From the NCBI GenBank assembly GCA_023213235.1, contig CP096137.1, positions 3,374,437 to 3,438,436 on the forward strand: DNA of 64,000 nucleotides. The letters are read 5' to 3'. A program made the position numbers and the translations under genes. Source of the stretch: Elusimicrobiota bacterium. GTDB lineage: Bacteria > Elusimicrobiota > Elusimicrobia > UBA1565 > UBA9628. This document shows positions 41,284 through 53,010 of this stretch, piece after piece; positions within the stretch are counted from its first letter, which is position 1, and every line of letters begins with the position of its first letter. Under the pieces are notes generated by a model. The model ran no database searches and was not told the DNA's origin. It saw only the letters and a program-made list of their open reading frames with translations.

Positions 41284-41359
41284 TGCCAGGCACGTACATT
41301 CGGTAAATTCCACGTCTTCTTCGGCCGCAGAATGTACCGAATGTACGTGCCTGGCACTA
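41281..41359. repeat. Third REP-like hairpin family
   Basis: Perfect 25-bp inverted repeat TAGTGCCAGGCACGTACATTCGGTA. Its ends are the TAG stops of the convergent EamA gene and trpG. Confidence 0.85.
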
Positions 41360-41914
41360 TTTCAGGAAGTTGCGGAGCAGCTTCAGACCCAGCGGCGTGG
41401 CGACGGACTCGGGGTGGAACTGGACTCCCTCCCAGGGCCGGTCCTTGAAGCGCAGTCCCATCAGAGAGCCGTCCTCGGCGCGGCTCGTCGGGATCACGGC
41501 GGGCGGGAGCGGCTCGGCGGCGACGAGGCTGTGGTAGCGCGCGACGGTCAGGCGCTTGGGCGCGCCGGCGAAGAGGCCCTTGCCGTCATGGGTGATCGTG
41601 CAGGTCTTGCCGTGCATGAGTTTCTTCGCGCGGATAACCTTGCCGCCCTGCGCGAGCGCCATCGCCTGGTGGCCGAGGCAGATGCCGAGCATGGGAATGG
41701 TTTTAGGCGCCTTACGGATCAACTCGACGAGGACGCCGGCGTCTTCGGGGCGGCCCGGGCCGGGAGACAGGATGATGGCCGACGGTCTCATGGCCAACAG
41801 TCGAGAAACCGAAGCCTGGTCGTTTCGGATGACCGTGCATTCATGCCCCAATGATCGAACGGCTTGGTAGATGTTGTATGTGAACGAGTCGTAGTTATCC
41901 AGAAGCAGAATCAT
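41357..41914 (-). CDS. trpG: Anthranilate synthase component II (glutamine amidotransferase)
   Basis: DNYDSFTYN, LSPGPG, GICLGHQ, RYHSL, QFHPES. Confidence 0.92.
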   Translation of the reverse strand: MILLLDNYDSFTYNIYQAVRSLGHECTVIRNDQASVSRLLAMRPSAIILSPGPGRPEDAGVLVELIRKAPKTIPMLGICLGHQAMALAQGGKVIRAKKLMHGKTCTITHDGKGLFAGAPKRLTVARYHSLVAAEPLPPAVIPTSRAEDGSLMGLRFKDRPWEGVQFHPESVATPLGLKLLRNFLK

Positions 41915-43295
41915 GGCTTCCGCTCCAGAGAGGCGAGAGCGCGCCGCAGGCCCGCGAGCTTATGGAGCACCTCGTTCCATTCCGCGGCGGGATTCGAATC
42001 GGCGACGATGCCGGCCCCGGCGCGCAGGCGCGCGAGGCCTTTCTCGAGCTTGAGGGAGCGGATCGCCAGGCACGAGTCCACGTTGCCCGCGAAGTCGGCC
42101 TGCACGACGGCGCCGGCGTAGAAGCCGCGCGCCATGCGCTCGAGTCCCGCGACGATTTCCATCGCGCGGACCTTGGGCGCCCCGCTGACGGTGCCCGCCG
42201 GGAAAGACGCGACGAACGCGTCCCACGCGGTCTTGTCCGCGTCGAGAGGGCCTTCGACTTCGCTGACCAGATGCATCACGTTCGAGAAGCGGCGCGTGAC
42301 CATGAACTTCCCGACCTTCACTTTTCCGGGCGCGCAGACGCGGCCCAGGTCGTTGCGCGCGAGGTCGACGAGCATCAGGTGCTCGGCGCGTTCCTTCGGG
42401 CTGCCGCGCATCTCTTTCTCGAGACGGACGTCCTGGGCTCGCGTCTTGCCGCGCGGGCGCGTGCCGGCGATCGGGCAATTGCGCGCGATCCCGTTGACGA
42501 CGCGCACGAGCCTCTCGGGAGACGCGCCCATGAAGGCTCTTTCTCCGTCGACGATCAGGAAGCCGTACGGCGTGACATTGGCCGCGCGCACCGCGCGGTA
42601 CGCCGCGAACGGACCGCCGTCGAGCGGCGCGTCGAATCCCTGGGACACGACGGCCTGGAACACGTCGCCGGCGCGAATGTGGTTCTTGATCCTGGCCACG
42701 CTCTTCAGGAAGCGCGAACGGCCGAAGCCGCGATCGGCGTCCATCGGCAATAATCGTCCGGAAGGCGGCGCCACGCGCGTCGCCGTTGCCCCGCGCAGCG
42801 CGCTCTTGAGCTCGTCCGCCAGACGCCGAGCGCGACGTCGGCCTCCCGCTCCGGCCACGAGCGCGCGAAGGCCCGCCCTTCCGTTTTCTATCACCAGGCA
42901 CGCGTTGAACAGCATCAAGAACCCTTCGTCGATCTCGGCGTTGATCTTCACCTTCTCCAGGTGGCGGATCATGTCGTAGTCGAGGAGCCCGACGGCGCCC
43001 GCGTCGAACGGTTTGCCGCCCTTCGCCCGGATCTTCTCGAGCTGCTTGCCGAGCGCCGCGAACGGCTCACCGGAAATCTTGCGGCGGCCGCGCGGGTGTG
43101 GGAGTACAGACGCCCCTTATGTACGCGCAACGTCTCGTACGGACGGACCCCGATCCACGCGCGCCTGCGCCCGTCCTCGTTCTTCTCGATGACGAAGCCC
43201 TGGCCGTCGACCGGGCACAGGCGCTCGAGGCACGAGACCGGGTCGAGGCCGGTCAGGCCGAGAGGGATCGAGACGACGCTGAGCTTTTTCGGCAT
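41911..43295 (-). CDS. trpE: Anthranilate synthase component I (frameshift near 43090)
   Basis: GDVFQ.V.S, ASPE, PIAGTRPRG, KERAEHLMLVDLARND, FPAGTVSGAPK, AGAGIV.DS. Confidence 0.88.
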
Positions 43296-43298
43296 CGT

Positions 43299-43739
43299 TT
43301 ACCGCTTTTTCCGTTTCATGCCCGCCAGCCGGTCCACGGCTTCCAGATACGAGTTCACGCCCTTGCCGGAAATCTGACCTTCGCACGCGGGCGCCACGAC
43401 CGACACGCGCCGGAACGCCTCCCGCTGCGTGATGTCGGACAGATGGACTTCGATCGTCGGCACCGCGATCGAGGACACCGCGTCGCGCAGGGCGTAGCTG
43501 TAGTGCGAGTACGCCCCGGGATTGAAAACGATCCCGTCGGCCCACCGGCGGTGCGCGTGAAGGATGTCGATGAGCCCGCCCTCGTGGTTCGACTGGCGCG
43601 CGCGCATCGAGATCTTCCGCTTCTTGCCGTGGGCCATGATCTTCGCGTTCAACTGCCCCAGGGTCATGGTGCCGTAGACGGACGGCTCCCGCTCGCCGAG
43701 CAGGTTCAGGTTCGGACCGTGCAGGATCAGGATATTCAC
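43299..43739 (-). CDS. aroQ: Type II 3-dehydroquinate dehydratase
   Basis: GTG start; LHGPNLNLLG.REP..YG, QSNHEG, NPGAYSHYS, EVHLS. Confidence 0.93.
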   Translation of the reverse strand: MNILILHGPNLNLLGEREPSVYGTMTLGQLNAKIMAHGKKRKISMRARQSNHEGGLIDILHAHRRWADGIVFNPGAYSHYSYALRDAVSSIAVPTIEVHLSDITQREAFRRVSVVAPACEGQISGKGVNSYLEAVDRLAGMKRKKR

Positions 43740-44788
43740 AGGATCTCCCGCACCGCGCGCAGGATCTCCGAGTCGGAGACGGTCATGACCGCGGGCCTGC
43801 CCGGCGCGTGGAGCAGCACGAAGCGCGCCCTGCCGCCGCGCGCCTTCTTGTCGCGGTGCGCCAGCGCGAGCAGCCGCTTCGGCTCGACGCGGCGCGGCAG
43901 GGGCACCGGGATCGTGGACAGGAACCGGTCGGCCTCCGCCGCGAACGCGGCCTTGAGTCCCGCGCGCTCGTGCGAGAGCCGCAGCGCGGCGCGCATGCCC
44001 CAGATCACGGCCTCGCCGTGGCGCAGGACGCCCAGGCCCGCCGCCGACTCGAGCGCGTGGCCGAGCGTGTGCCCGAAGTTGAGCAGCTCGCGTGGGCCCT
44101 TCGTCTCGCGCTCGTCCTGGTCGACGATGTGCCGCTTCCAGGCCGCGCAGCGTTCGACGACCTTCGCCGTCAGCGCGGGGTCGCCGGCCATGAGCTCGTC
44201 CCAGTGCGAGGTGATCATCGCCCACAGCGCCGGTTCGAAGACCAATCCGTACTTCAGCGCCTCGCCCAGGCCCGACACGCGTTCGCGATCAGGGAGCGTC
44301 GCGAGGACCGCGGGATCGCACACGACCGCGCGCGGCCGGTGGAAGGTGCCCGCGAGGTTCTTGCCGCCCGCGAGGTTGATCCCGGTCTTGCCGCCGAGCC
44401 CGCTGTCGAGCTGGCCGAGCAGCGTCGTCGGCACCGACACCCACGGGATGCCGCGCAGGTAAATCGACGCCGCGAAGCCCGCCGCGTCCGTCACCGACCC
44501 GCCGCCGAGCGCCACGAGCGCGCAGTCGCGCCCGAGCCCCGCGGCGAGCATCGTTCCGAGCAGATCGGCGATCGCGTCCCAGTTCTTCGCCGCCTCTCCC
44601 GACGGAAGCAGATGCCGGTGAACCTTGTACCCGGCGACCTTCAGGGCCTTTTCCACTCCGGAGCCGAAACGGCGCCAGGCGCCCGCTTCGGAGACGAGCG
44701 CGATATGTTTGGACGAAGAGACGTCCCGAAGCCAAAGGCGCGGTTTGAGGCGGATATTTTTGGAGACGTAAAGTTTTTCTGTGGTCAT
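43736..44788 (-). CDS. aroB: 3-dehydroquinate synthase
   Basis: GEAAK, LGGGSVTD, PTTLLGQLDSGLGGKTG, LLNFGHTLGHALE, HGEAV. Confidence 0.93.
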   Translation of the reverse strand: MTTEKLYVSKNIRLKPRLWLRDVSSSKHIALVSEAGAWRRFGSGVEKALKVAGYKVHRHLLPSGEAAKNWDAIADLLGTMLAAGLGRDCALVALGGGSVTDAAGFAASIYLRGIPWVSVPTTLLGQLDSGLGGKTGINLAGGKNLAGTFHRPRAVVCDPAVLATLPDRERVSGLGEALKYGLVFEPALWAMITSHWDELMAGDPALTAKVVERCAAWKRHIVDQDERETKGPRELLNFGHTLGHALESAAGLGVLRHGEAVIWGMRAALRLSHERAGLKAAFAAEADRFLSTIPVPLPRRVEPKRLLALAHRDKKARGGRARFVLLHAPGRPAVMTVSDSEILRAVREIL

Positions 44789-45299
44789 TTGATTTTGGCG
44801 GCGATAGCCGCGGCAACCTGCTTAACGCTCCGAGCAGTCGTTGAAACCGTGAACAAAGCTCGTCCGTAGGCGCCCCGTCGGGTTCTCAACAATGTCGTTA
44901 TCCGTGCAGAAAGACGTCCGCCGGCGAGAAGTGGACGTTGAGAGCGCGAGGGTCCCAGCCGGCGAGCTAATTCGCGCTGCGAACAACTCAGTTTGATCAC
45001 CATTCCGTTCGTCGAACAAAACAATCCGTTGCGTCGGTCGATCAGAGCTCCCCGCCCAAGGCCACGACGAGCTTGGTCCGGCGAGCCGTGCCGAGAAGCA
45101 GCCGTCGTTCCATGGCCCGGAAGACCCGCTCCCCTTTGCCGTTGAAAATCTCGGCCACCGAGGCCCGCCCCATCCGTTCGATTTCCGCGTCCAGATCCAC
45201 GAAACGCCGTTTGAGCCGTCGAGCGAGTTCCCGCCCCACGGCCGACTTCCCGGTTCCCATGAATCCGGTCAGGTAGATATTGCCGCCTACCTTCGCCAC
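44785..45299 (-). CDS. aroK: Shikimate kinase (frameshift near 45050)
   Basis: NIYLTGFMGTGKS.VG, GE..FR..E, VVALGGG, RPLL. Confidence 0.85.
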
Positions 45300-46435
45300 G
45301 CCTCGATCCTCGGAACAAGTTCCCGCATCGAATCCCCGCCGAACTTCTCCAGCACGGCGTTCGCCAGCACGAGGCACGCCAGCGACTCGGCGATCACCGC
45401 GGCGGCGGGAACCGCGCACGCGTCCGACCTCTCGACGTGAGCCTTCGCCGGCTTCATCGTCCTCAGATCGACGGAATCGAGCGGCTCCATCAAAGTCGCG
45501 ATCGGCTTCATCGCGGCGCGCAGAACGAGGGTCTGTCCCGTCGTCATGCCCCCGTCGAGCCCGCCGGAACGGTTCGAGCGGTAGCCGACCTTCTTTCCCT
45601 TGGGCTCGTACGCGTCGTGCGCCTGCGAGCCCGGCAGGCCCGCCCCGCGGAAGCCGAACCCGACCTCGACGCCCTTGATCGCGTTGAGCGACATGAGCGC
45701 CGCCGAGAGCGGCCCCTCGAGGCGACGGTCCCACTGCGCGTAGGAGCCGAGCCCGACGGGAAGACCGTCGGCCAGGACCTCGAAGAGGCCGCCGACGGTG
45801 TCGCCCGCGGCCTTGGCCTGGTCGATGCGCGCGACCATGCGCTTCGAGAAGTTCGGGTTGGCGCAGCGGACGGGATCGGCGTCGGTCAGCGCGTTGAGTT
45901 CCGCGACGGGGCAGGGGACCGCGGAGTCGTCGGTCTCCCCGCCGATCGCGACCACGCGGGAGGCGACATGAATATTCAGGTCAAGGAGCAATTTTCTCGC
46001 GGCTCCGCCGAGCGCGACGCGCATCGCGGTTTCCCGCGCGGAGGCTCGCTCCAGCACGTTGCGCATGTCGTCGAAGCCGTACTTGATCTTCCCCACGAGG
46101 TCGGCATGGCCCGGACGAGGCACGTCGACGCGCTTCGTCGACGGCTTGTCCGTGGGCTCGTGGCCCATGATGCCTTCCCAGTTCTTGAAGTCCTGATTGG
46201 GGATCAGCAGGCCGAGCGGGGATCCCAAGGTCTTGCCCGCGCGGATCCCCGACAGAATCTCGACTTGATCTCCTTCGATTTTCTGGCGGTTCCCGCGGCC
46301 ATGGCCTTTCTTTCTCCGCAGAAGGTCCGCCTGGATGTCGGCGGCCGACAGCGCGAGGCCCGCGGGAAGACCCTCGAGTATTCCGACGAGGGCCTTGCCG
46401 TGCGACTCACCGGCCGTCAGGTAGCGAAGGGTCAT
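45287..46435 (-). CDS. aroC: Chorismate synthase
   Basis: LRYLTAGESHG, PRPGHADL, ERASARET, MKPIATL, ERSDAC.VP. Confidence 0.95.
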   Translation of the reverse strand: MTLRYLTAGESHGKALVGILEGLPAGLALSAADIQADLLRRKKGHGRGNRQKIEGDQVEILSGIRAGKTLGSPLGLLIPNQDFKNWEGIMGHEPTDKPSTKRVDVPRPGHADLVGKIKYGFDDMRNVLERASARETAMRVALGGAARKLLLDLNIHVASRVVAIGGETDDSAVPCPVAELNALTDADPVRCANPNFSKRMVARIDQAKAAGDTVGGLFEVLADGLPVGLGSYAQWDRRLEGPLSAALMSLNAIKGVEVGFGFRGAGLPGSQAHDAYEPKGKKVGYRSNRSGGLDGGMTTGQTLVLRAAMKPIATLMEPLDSVDLRTMKPAKAHVERSDACAVPAAAVIAESLACLVLANAVLEKFGGDSMRELVPRIEAWRR

Positions 46436-47241
46436 GCGATCTCCTTGATCAGCGTCTCGGCCAGGCGCGCGCGCCGCGCCGGGCCCAGCGGCTTGTCCCA
46501 GAATTCCCACGCGCGCAGCGCCTGGTAGACGAGCATCGCGCCGCCGTCCTGGACGCGCGCGCCCAAAGCCGCGGCCTGGCGCTGGAACGGCGTGCGGCGC
46601 CCGTAGACGAGATCGACCGCCGCGGCCGGGGCGCCGGGAGCGGCGTCGGCGGGCGAGAGGTCGGGGCGGCCCTTCTGCCCGAGGGGCGTCGCGTTGATCC
46701 AGATGTCGGCCTGGTTCGGGCGGCCCGCCGAGAACGCGGTGCGCGGGAACGCGGCCGCGAGGTCGCGCGCGAGCTTTCGTGCCGTGGAGGCGGTGCGGTT
46801 GGACACGCGCACGCTGCGCGCCCCTCCCTTGGCCAGGGCCCACGCCGCGGCGCGCGCCGCGCCGCCCGCGCCGAAGACGAGCGCGCGCTTGCCGCGGACG
46901 CTCACGCCCGCGCGCTTGAGAGCGTCGACCAGCCCCTCGCCGTCGGTGTTGTGTCCGACGACGCGGGACTTCTCGAAGCGCAGGACGTTGACCGCGCCGA
47001 GCACGCGCGCCTGCGGCGTCAGGCGGGCGCACAGCGCGGCCGCGTCGAGCTTGTAGGGGATCGTGACGTTGGCCCCGCGCCAGCCCCGCGCTCGGGCCGA
47101 CGCGAGGGCTTCCGGCAAGGCGCCGGGCGCCACGTCGACGGCCGCGTACTCGATCGGGCTTTCGAGCAGGCGCGCCAGTCGCGCGAACAGGCGCGGCGAG
47201 AAGGAGTGCGCCACCGGCCGCCCGAACAAGCCGAGCTTCAC
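46432..47241 (-). CDS. aroE: Shikimate dehydrogenase
   Basis: HSFSP, GANVTIPYK, GAVN, NTDGEG, GAGGAA, NATP.G. Confidence 0.92.
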   Translation of the reverse strand: MKLGLFGRPVAHSFSPRLFARLARLLESPIEYAAVDVAPGALPEALASARARGWRGANVTIPYKLDAAALCARLTPQARVLGAVNVLRFEKSRVVGHNTDGEGLVDALKRAGVSVRGKRALVFGAGGAARAAAWALAKGGARSVRVSNRTASTARKLARDLAAAFPRTAFSAGRPNQADIWINATPLGQKGRPDLSPADAAPGAPAAAVDLVYGRRTPFQRQAAALGARVQDGGAMLVYQALRAWEFWDKPLGPARRARLAETLIKEIA

Positions 47242-48521
47242 GCGGTCCTCGCGCGGAAGTCGTCGTAGAAGGACGGGTAGGAGATCGCCGCGGACTCGAG
47301 GCCGCCGATCTCGCTCTCGCCGCCGGCCAGGAAGGCCGCGACGAAGGCCGTCATCGCGAGACGGTGATCGTCGAGCGCGTCGGCGCGTCCGGGCGCGAGC
47401 GCCGCGACGCCCTCGACGAGCAGGTCGTCGCCCTCGACGCGCGCCACGGCGCCGAACGCGTTGAGCAAGGCCGCGATCCCGGCGAGGCGGTCGCTCTCTT
47501 TATGACGAAGCTCCGAGAGACCCCGGAACCGGGAAGATCCCCGGGCGAGGGCGGCGGCCAACGCGAGGACCGGAACCTCGTCGACGAGCCCCGGGATTTC
47601 ATCGGCGGATATTTCGGTGCCCCGCAGCTCGGACGATGAGATCAACAGGTCCTCGATCGGCTCTCCGCCGTCGCCGCGCAGAGGCTCGCGGTGAATGTCG
47701 GCGCCCATGCGCGCCAGGACGTTGAGGTAGCCGGTACGCGTCGGGTTGGCGCCCACGCCGCGGATCGCGAGCTCCGAGCCCGGCGACAGCGTCGCGGCGA
47801 CGGCCCAGAAGGCCGCGGACGAGGGATCGCCGGGAACGATCACTTTCGCGGCCCTCAGGCGCGAGCCGCCGGCGACCGTGACCTTGAGGCCGGCGCGGCG
47901 CACGGACACGCCGAAACCCGCGAGCATGCGCTCGGTGTGGTCGCGCGTCTGCGCCGGCTCGGCGACCGTCGTCTCGCCGGCGGCGTGCAGGCCGGCGAGC
48001 AGGACGCAGGATTTCACCTGAGCGCTGGCGACCTTCATCGCGTATTCCACGCCCTTGAGCGGCCCGCCCGCGACCGATAACGGCGCCGTGTCGCCGTCCG
48101 AGAGGGTCACGGCCGCTCCCATCGCGCGCAGCGGCTCGGCGATCCGGCGCATCGGGCGCCTGGTCAACGAGGCGTCGCCCGTGAACCGCGCGGGAAACGG
48201 ATGCCCCGCGACGACGCCCGCGAGCAGGCGCATCGTCGTGCCGGAGTTGCCCGCGTCGAGGTCCCCCTTCGGGGCGGCCAACCCGCCCAGGCCGCGGCCC
48301 GTCACGCGGACCGCCGGGCCCGCGCCCGCGATCTCGACGCCGAGCGCCTCGAGGCAGCGCCGCGTGGACGCCACGTCGGCTCCCGACGAGAGTCCCTCGA
48401 CGGCCGTCTCCCCGTCGGCGAGCGCGCCGAGGATCAGCGCGCGGTGCGAGACGGACTTGTCGCCGGGGACCCGGATCTCCCCGGCGAGGCGGCCGCCGCC
48501 GGCGACGGCGCGGTCGCTCAA
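47238..48521 (-). CDS. aroA: EPSP synthase
   Basis: TTG start overlapping the aroF stop; PGDKSVSHR, GNSGTT.RL, ASAQVKS, RDHTE, KESDR, DDHR.AM. Confidence 0.95.
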   Translation of the reverse strand: MSDRAVAGGGRLAGEIRVPGDKSVSHRALILGALADGETAVEGLSSGADVASTRRCLEALGVEIAGAGPAVRVTGRGLGGLAAPKGDLDAGNSGTTMRLLAGVVAGHPFPARFTGDASLTRRPMRRIAEPLRAMGAAVTLSDGDTAPLSVAGGPLKGVEYAMKVASAQVKSCVLLAGLHAAGETTVAEPAQTRDHTERMLAGFGVSVRRAGLKVTVAGGSRLRAAKVIVPGDPSSAAFWAVAATLSPGSELAIRGVGANPTRTGYLNVLARMGADIHREPLRGDGGEPIEDLLISSSELRGTEISADEIPGLVDEVPVLALAAALARGSSRFRGLSELRHKESDRLAGIAALLNAFGAVARVEGDDLLVEGVAALAPGRADALDDHRLAMTAFVAAFLAGGESEIGGLESAAISYPSFYDDFRARTA

Positions 48522-49558
48522 CCGCGCCCCTTGAGCGCGGGCGAAGCCATGTCCCGCCCGAGGGCCCCCGCGATCGCCGCCAGGTCGCGCATGAGCGAGG
48601 CGAAGTCGTCGGGATGAAGCGCCTGGGGGCCGTCGCACAGCGCCTGGTCGGGCCGGTCGTGCACCTCGATCATGAGGCCGTGCGCGCCCGCGGCGACGGC
48701 CGCGCGCGCCATCGGAGCGACGCGCGCGCGCACGCCGACGGCGTGGCTCGGATCGACGATGATCGGCAGATGGCTCAGCTCCTTGACGGCGGGAACCACG
48801 TTCAGGTCCAGCGTGTTGCGCGCGTGGTCGGAGAACGCGCGGATGCCGCGCTCGCAGAGGAACACGTCCTTGTTCCCCTCGCTGAGCAGGTACTCGGCCG
48901 ACATCAGCCACTCGTCGAGCGTGGCCGAGAGGCCGCGCTTGAGCATGACGGGCTTCTTGATCTGGCCGAGCTCCTTGAGCAGAGCGAAGTTCTGCATGTT
49001 GCGCGCGCCGACCTGCAGCACGTCGGCGTACTCCGCGACGTCGGCCAGCGAGCGCTGGTCGAGCACCTCGGTCACGACGGGCAGGCCCGTCTCCTTGCGC
49101 GCCGCGGCGAGCAGCTGCAGGCCCTTCTTGCCCAGGCCCTGGAACGCGTAGGGCGACGTGCGGGGCTTGAACGCGCCGCCGCGCAGCATGTGGGCGCCGG
49201 CCTTCTTGACCGCGCGCGCGATGCGCAGCATCTGCTCCTCGCTCTCGACGGCGCACGGCCCGGCGATCACGACGAGGCCCGGGCCGCCGAGGCGGAACTT
49301 GCCGACGGGCACGACGGTGTCGGCGTGCTGGAAATCGCGCCCCGCGAGCTTGTAGGGCTTGGAGACGCGCACGGCCTCGCGCACGCCTTCCATCGAGTCG
49401 AACAGATGCGGGTCGAGCGCGCCCGAGTTGCCCGTGATGCCGACGGCCACCGACTGCTTGCCGGGGATGACGTGCGGCTTGAGCTTGAGCGCGCGGACCT
49501 TCGCGAGCACGGCCTCGAGCTGCTTTTTGGTGTGCTCCGACTGCATGAGGATAAGCAT
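48518..49558 (-). CDS. aroF: DAHP synthase (type I-beta, with N-terminal regulatory domain)
   Basis: IAGPCAVES, GGAFKPRTSPY.FQG, GARNMQNF, LCERGIR, DPSH. Confidence 0.93.
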   Translation of the reverse strand: MLILMQSEHTKKQLEAVLAKVRALKLKPHVIPGKQSVAVGITGNSGALDPHLFDSMEGVREAVRVSKPYKLAGRDFQHADTVVPVGKFRLGGPGLVVIAGPCAVESEEQMLRIARAVKKAGAHMLRGGAFKPRTSPYAFQGLGKKGLQLLAAARKETGLPVVTEVLDQRSLADVAEYADVLQVGARNMQNFALLKELGQIKKPVMLKRGLSATLDEWLMSAEYLLSEGNKDVFLCERGIRAFSDHARNTLDLNVVPAVKELSHLPIIVDPSHAVGVRARVAPMARAAVAAGAHGLMIEVHDRPDQALCDGPQALHPDDFASLMRDLAAIAGALGRDMASPALKGRG

Positions 49559-50336
49559 TAGATCTCCAGTGCCCCGATGAGCTTCTTCGCGAGGCGGCGA
49601 ACCGCTCCGGGACCGCCCTCATAATTCGCGCGAACCAATGCGCTTCCCACGACCACTCCGTCGGCATGGAGAGCCAAGGCCCGAGCCTGAGACGCTTCGG
49701 CGACTCCGAAACCGACCATCAACGGTTTCTTCGTCATTCGTCTCACATGTTTAAGTCGATCGGCTATGTTGAGGGCCAGGCCTTTCCGTACGCCCGTGAC
49801 TCCCTCGCGGCTCACATAATAAATCGCCGTGCCGTTCGCCTTCGCGATGAGCTTCAGCCGTTCATCCGTCGTCGTCGGCGACGCGAGAAGAACCAATTCG
49901 AGACCGTGCTTCTTCAGTATCCCTTCCGTTTCTGTCGAGTCTTCGGCCGGGAGATCCACGATGAGAACTCCCGTCGCTTCGGCCTTTTTGCAGGCCCGCG
50001 CGAAGGCTTCCGTGCCCATCCTCAGAATCGGATTCAGGTACGTGAACAGCACGACGGGGATCGTGACTCCGTCGGCCCGCAGAGCCGCCACGAAGCCGAT
50101 CGCCTTCTTGAGCGACATCCCCTTGGCCAAGGCTCGCTGTCCGGCCGCCTGGATCACCGGTCCGTCCGCGACCGGATCGGAGAACGGCACGCCGACCTCG
50201 AGCACGTCCGCGCCCGCGGCGGCGAGCAGCTTGGCCGCGACGAGGCTTTGCGCGAGCGTCGGATCGCCCGCGACGAGAAAGGGCACGAAGCCCGCCCGCC
50301 CGAAGGCGCGGCGCGCGCGCAGGGCCTTGGCCAAGG

Positions 50337-50346
<10 letters not shown>
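49558..50346 (-). CDS. trpA: Tryptophan synthase alpha chain
   Basis: GTG 50346; [37 protein letters not shown]. Confidence 0.93.
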
Positions 50347-51500
<1,154 letters not shown>

Positions 51501-51580
51501 ATCAGCCGATTTTAGCGGTTTTACCCGTTTTTTGCGCGCACGAAACAGCCGGTTCATCGACGGGACGGTATGCTCGGCTC

Positions 51581-52339
51581 ATGGACAAGAAAACCGCCTT
51601 GGTGCCCGCGCTCTTCGCCGTCGCCGCCGCCGCGTTCTATCTTCTCGCGCTGAACAGCAAGGAGCACGCGCTCACGGGCCAGTATGAAACGGCCAAGGTG
51701 CTCGTCGCGCGCGCCGACATCCCCGAACGCACCTTGGTTCAGGAAGGCCTGGTGGAAGTCGCCGAGCTGCCGCGCCGCTACGTCGCGCAGGACGCCATCG
51801 AAGTACGCGTTCCCACCGACGTGCGCATGATTTCCAATACGGTCAGCCGAGTCCGTATACCGAAAGGAAATCAGATCAGCCAGTCGGCGCTGATGCCGCT
51901 TTCGCCGGGCGCGGGGTTAGCGTTGCGCGTGCCTCCGGGCTACCGGGCGGCGACCTTGGCGATCGACGGCGAGATGCGCGCCCTGGTAAAACCCGGCGAC
52001 CGCGTCGACGTGCTCGTCACCTTCGACGCCGTACTCAACGACGGCAGACGGGAGAAAGCGACCGCGACCCTTCTTCAGAACATCCTCGTGATCGCCGTCG
52101 GTCGCAACCTCGGCCAAGGACTGACGTCCGACAGGCTCCGGCTCGACGCCGCCGCCGACGAGAAATCCGCGGCCTTCTCGGAGAAGTCCGCGATCAGTCT
52201 CGCGGTCAATCCGCGTGAACTTCAGTTCCTCGCTCTGGCCACGCAGCAGGGAGCGACGTCGATCGGAATCCGCGCGCCCGGCGACACGGAAATGCACCCG
52301 ATACCAGTGTCTATGCTTCGCCAGCTCGTCGGCGGATGA
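51581..52339 (+). CDS. cpaB: Flp pilus assembly protein CpaB (SAF + RcpC)
   Basis: VLVARADIP, PPGYRA.T, VKPGDRVDVL, LLQNI.VIAVG. Confidence 0.8.
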   Translation: MDKKTALVPALFAVAAAAFYLLALNSKEHALTGQYETAKVLVARADIPERTLVQEGLVEVAELPRRYVAQDAIEVRVPTDVRMISNTVSRVRIPKGNQISQSALMPLSPGAGLALRVPPGYRAATLAIDGEMRALVKPGDRVDVLVTFDAVLNDGRREKATATLLQNILVIAVGRNLGQGLTSDRLRLDAAADEKSAAFSEKSAISLAVNPRELQFLALATQQGATSIGIRAPGDTEMHPIPVSMLRQLVGG

Positions 52340-52348
52340 AATGCTAAA

Positions 52349-52951
52349 TTGACGCCCGTGCCGCCCGAATACCGCCAGGTCCTCGACATTTTCGTCTTCC
52401 TCGGCAGCGTCAACGGCGGATTCTGGCTGCTGGCGCGCGCGGCGAGCGGCTTCCTCGACATCTTCTCCGAGCTGTTCTGGGAGGATATCTGGAGCCTGGT
52501 GGCGACGGTGTACAACGTCGCGCTGGCCGCCTTCTTCGCCGCGATCCTCATGGCGGCCGCCCGGCACGGAGCGGCGCCCGCCGACCTGTACTGGCGACAG
52601 GCGTGCGGCTTCGTGATGCTCTACCTCGCGCTCGGCGCCGCCTACATGGACCGCTCCGGCCGGATCTGCGAGGAGGGACGCCTGGGCTACGTGCTGGGCC
52701 TGGCGGCCTACATCCTCTACGCGGCGGTTCCCTCGCTCGTCTCCGACCCGCGCCTGCACGACCTCATCGGCACGATGAAGCGCGTGTCCGACAGCTGGGT
52801 CGGGCGGGCGATGACCGCGTTCGTCGTCGGCGGCATCCTTTGGAAGCTGGCCAAAGACGGGCTCTCCGGCCTATTCCACGTCCTGGCGCCCGTCCTTTGG
52901 AAGGCCGGCGCGCTCAAGCACCCGCCGATCCGCGTCCGCCGCGAGGACTGA
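52349..52951 (+). CDS. Hypothetical multi-pass membrane protein
   Basis: TTG start; about five hydrophobic segments; host-like codons. Confidence 0.6.
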   Translation: MTPVPPEYRQVLDIFVFLGSVNGGFWLLARAASGFLDIFSELFWEDIWSLVATVYNVALAAFFAAILMAAARHGAAPADLYWRQACGFVMLYLALGAAYMDRSGRICEEGRLGYVLGLAAYILYAAVPSLVSDPRLHDLIGTMKRVSDSWVGRAMTAFVVGGILWKLAKDGLSGLFHVLAPVLWKAGALKHPPIRVRRED

Positions 52952-52963
52952 CACAAATAAGAA

Positions 52964-52989
52964 CCCCCGCCGGGTTTCCCCGGCGGGGG
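52964..52989 (-). terminator. Intrinsic terminator of the cold-shock gene (possibly bidirectional)
   Basis: CCCCCGCCGGG / CCCGGCGGGGG stem with T-rich flanks. Confidence 0.75.
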
Positions 52990-53010
52990 CCTTTATCAGG
53001 TCCGGAGCTC

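Noticed and set aside
41911-43295. Naturally split trpE
   Set aside because: One frameshift near 43090 joins both ORFs into a normal-length protein.
51501-51557. Longer trpB N-terminus or trp leader peptide from ATG 51557
   Set aside because: The extension has no Trp codons or attenuator hairpins, and the -10 spacing favours ATG 51500.
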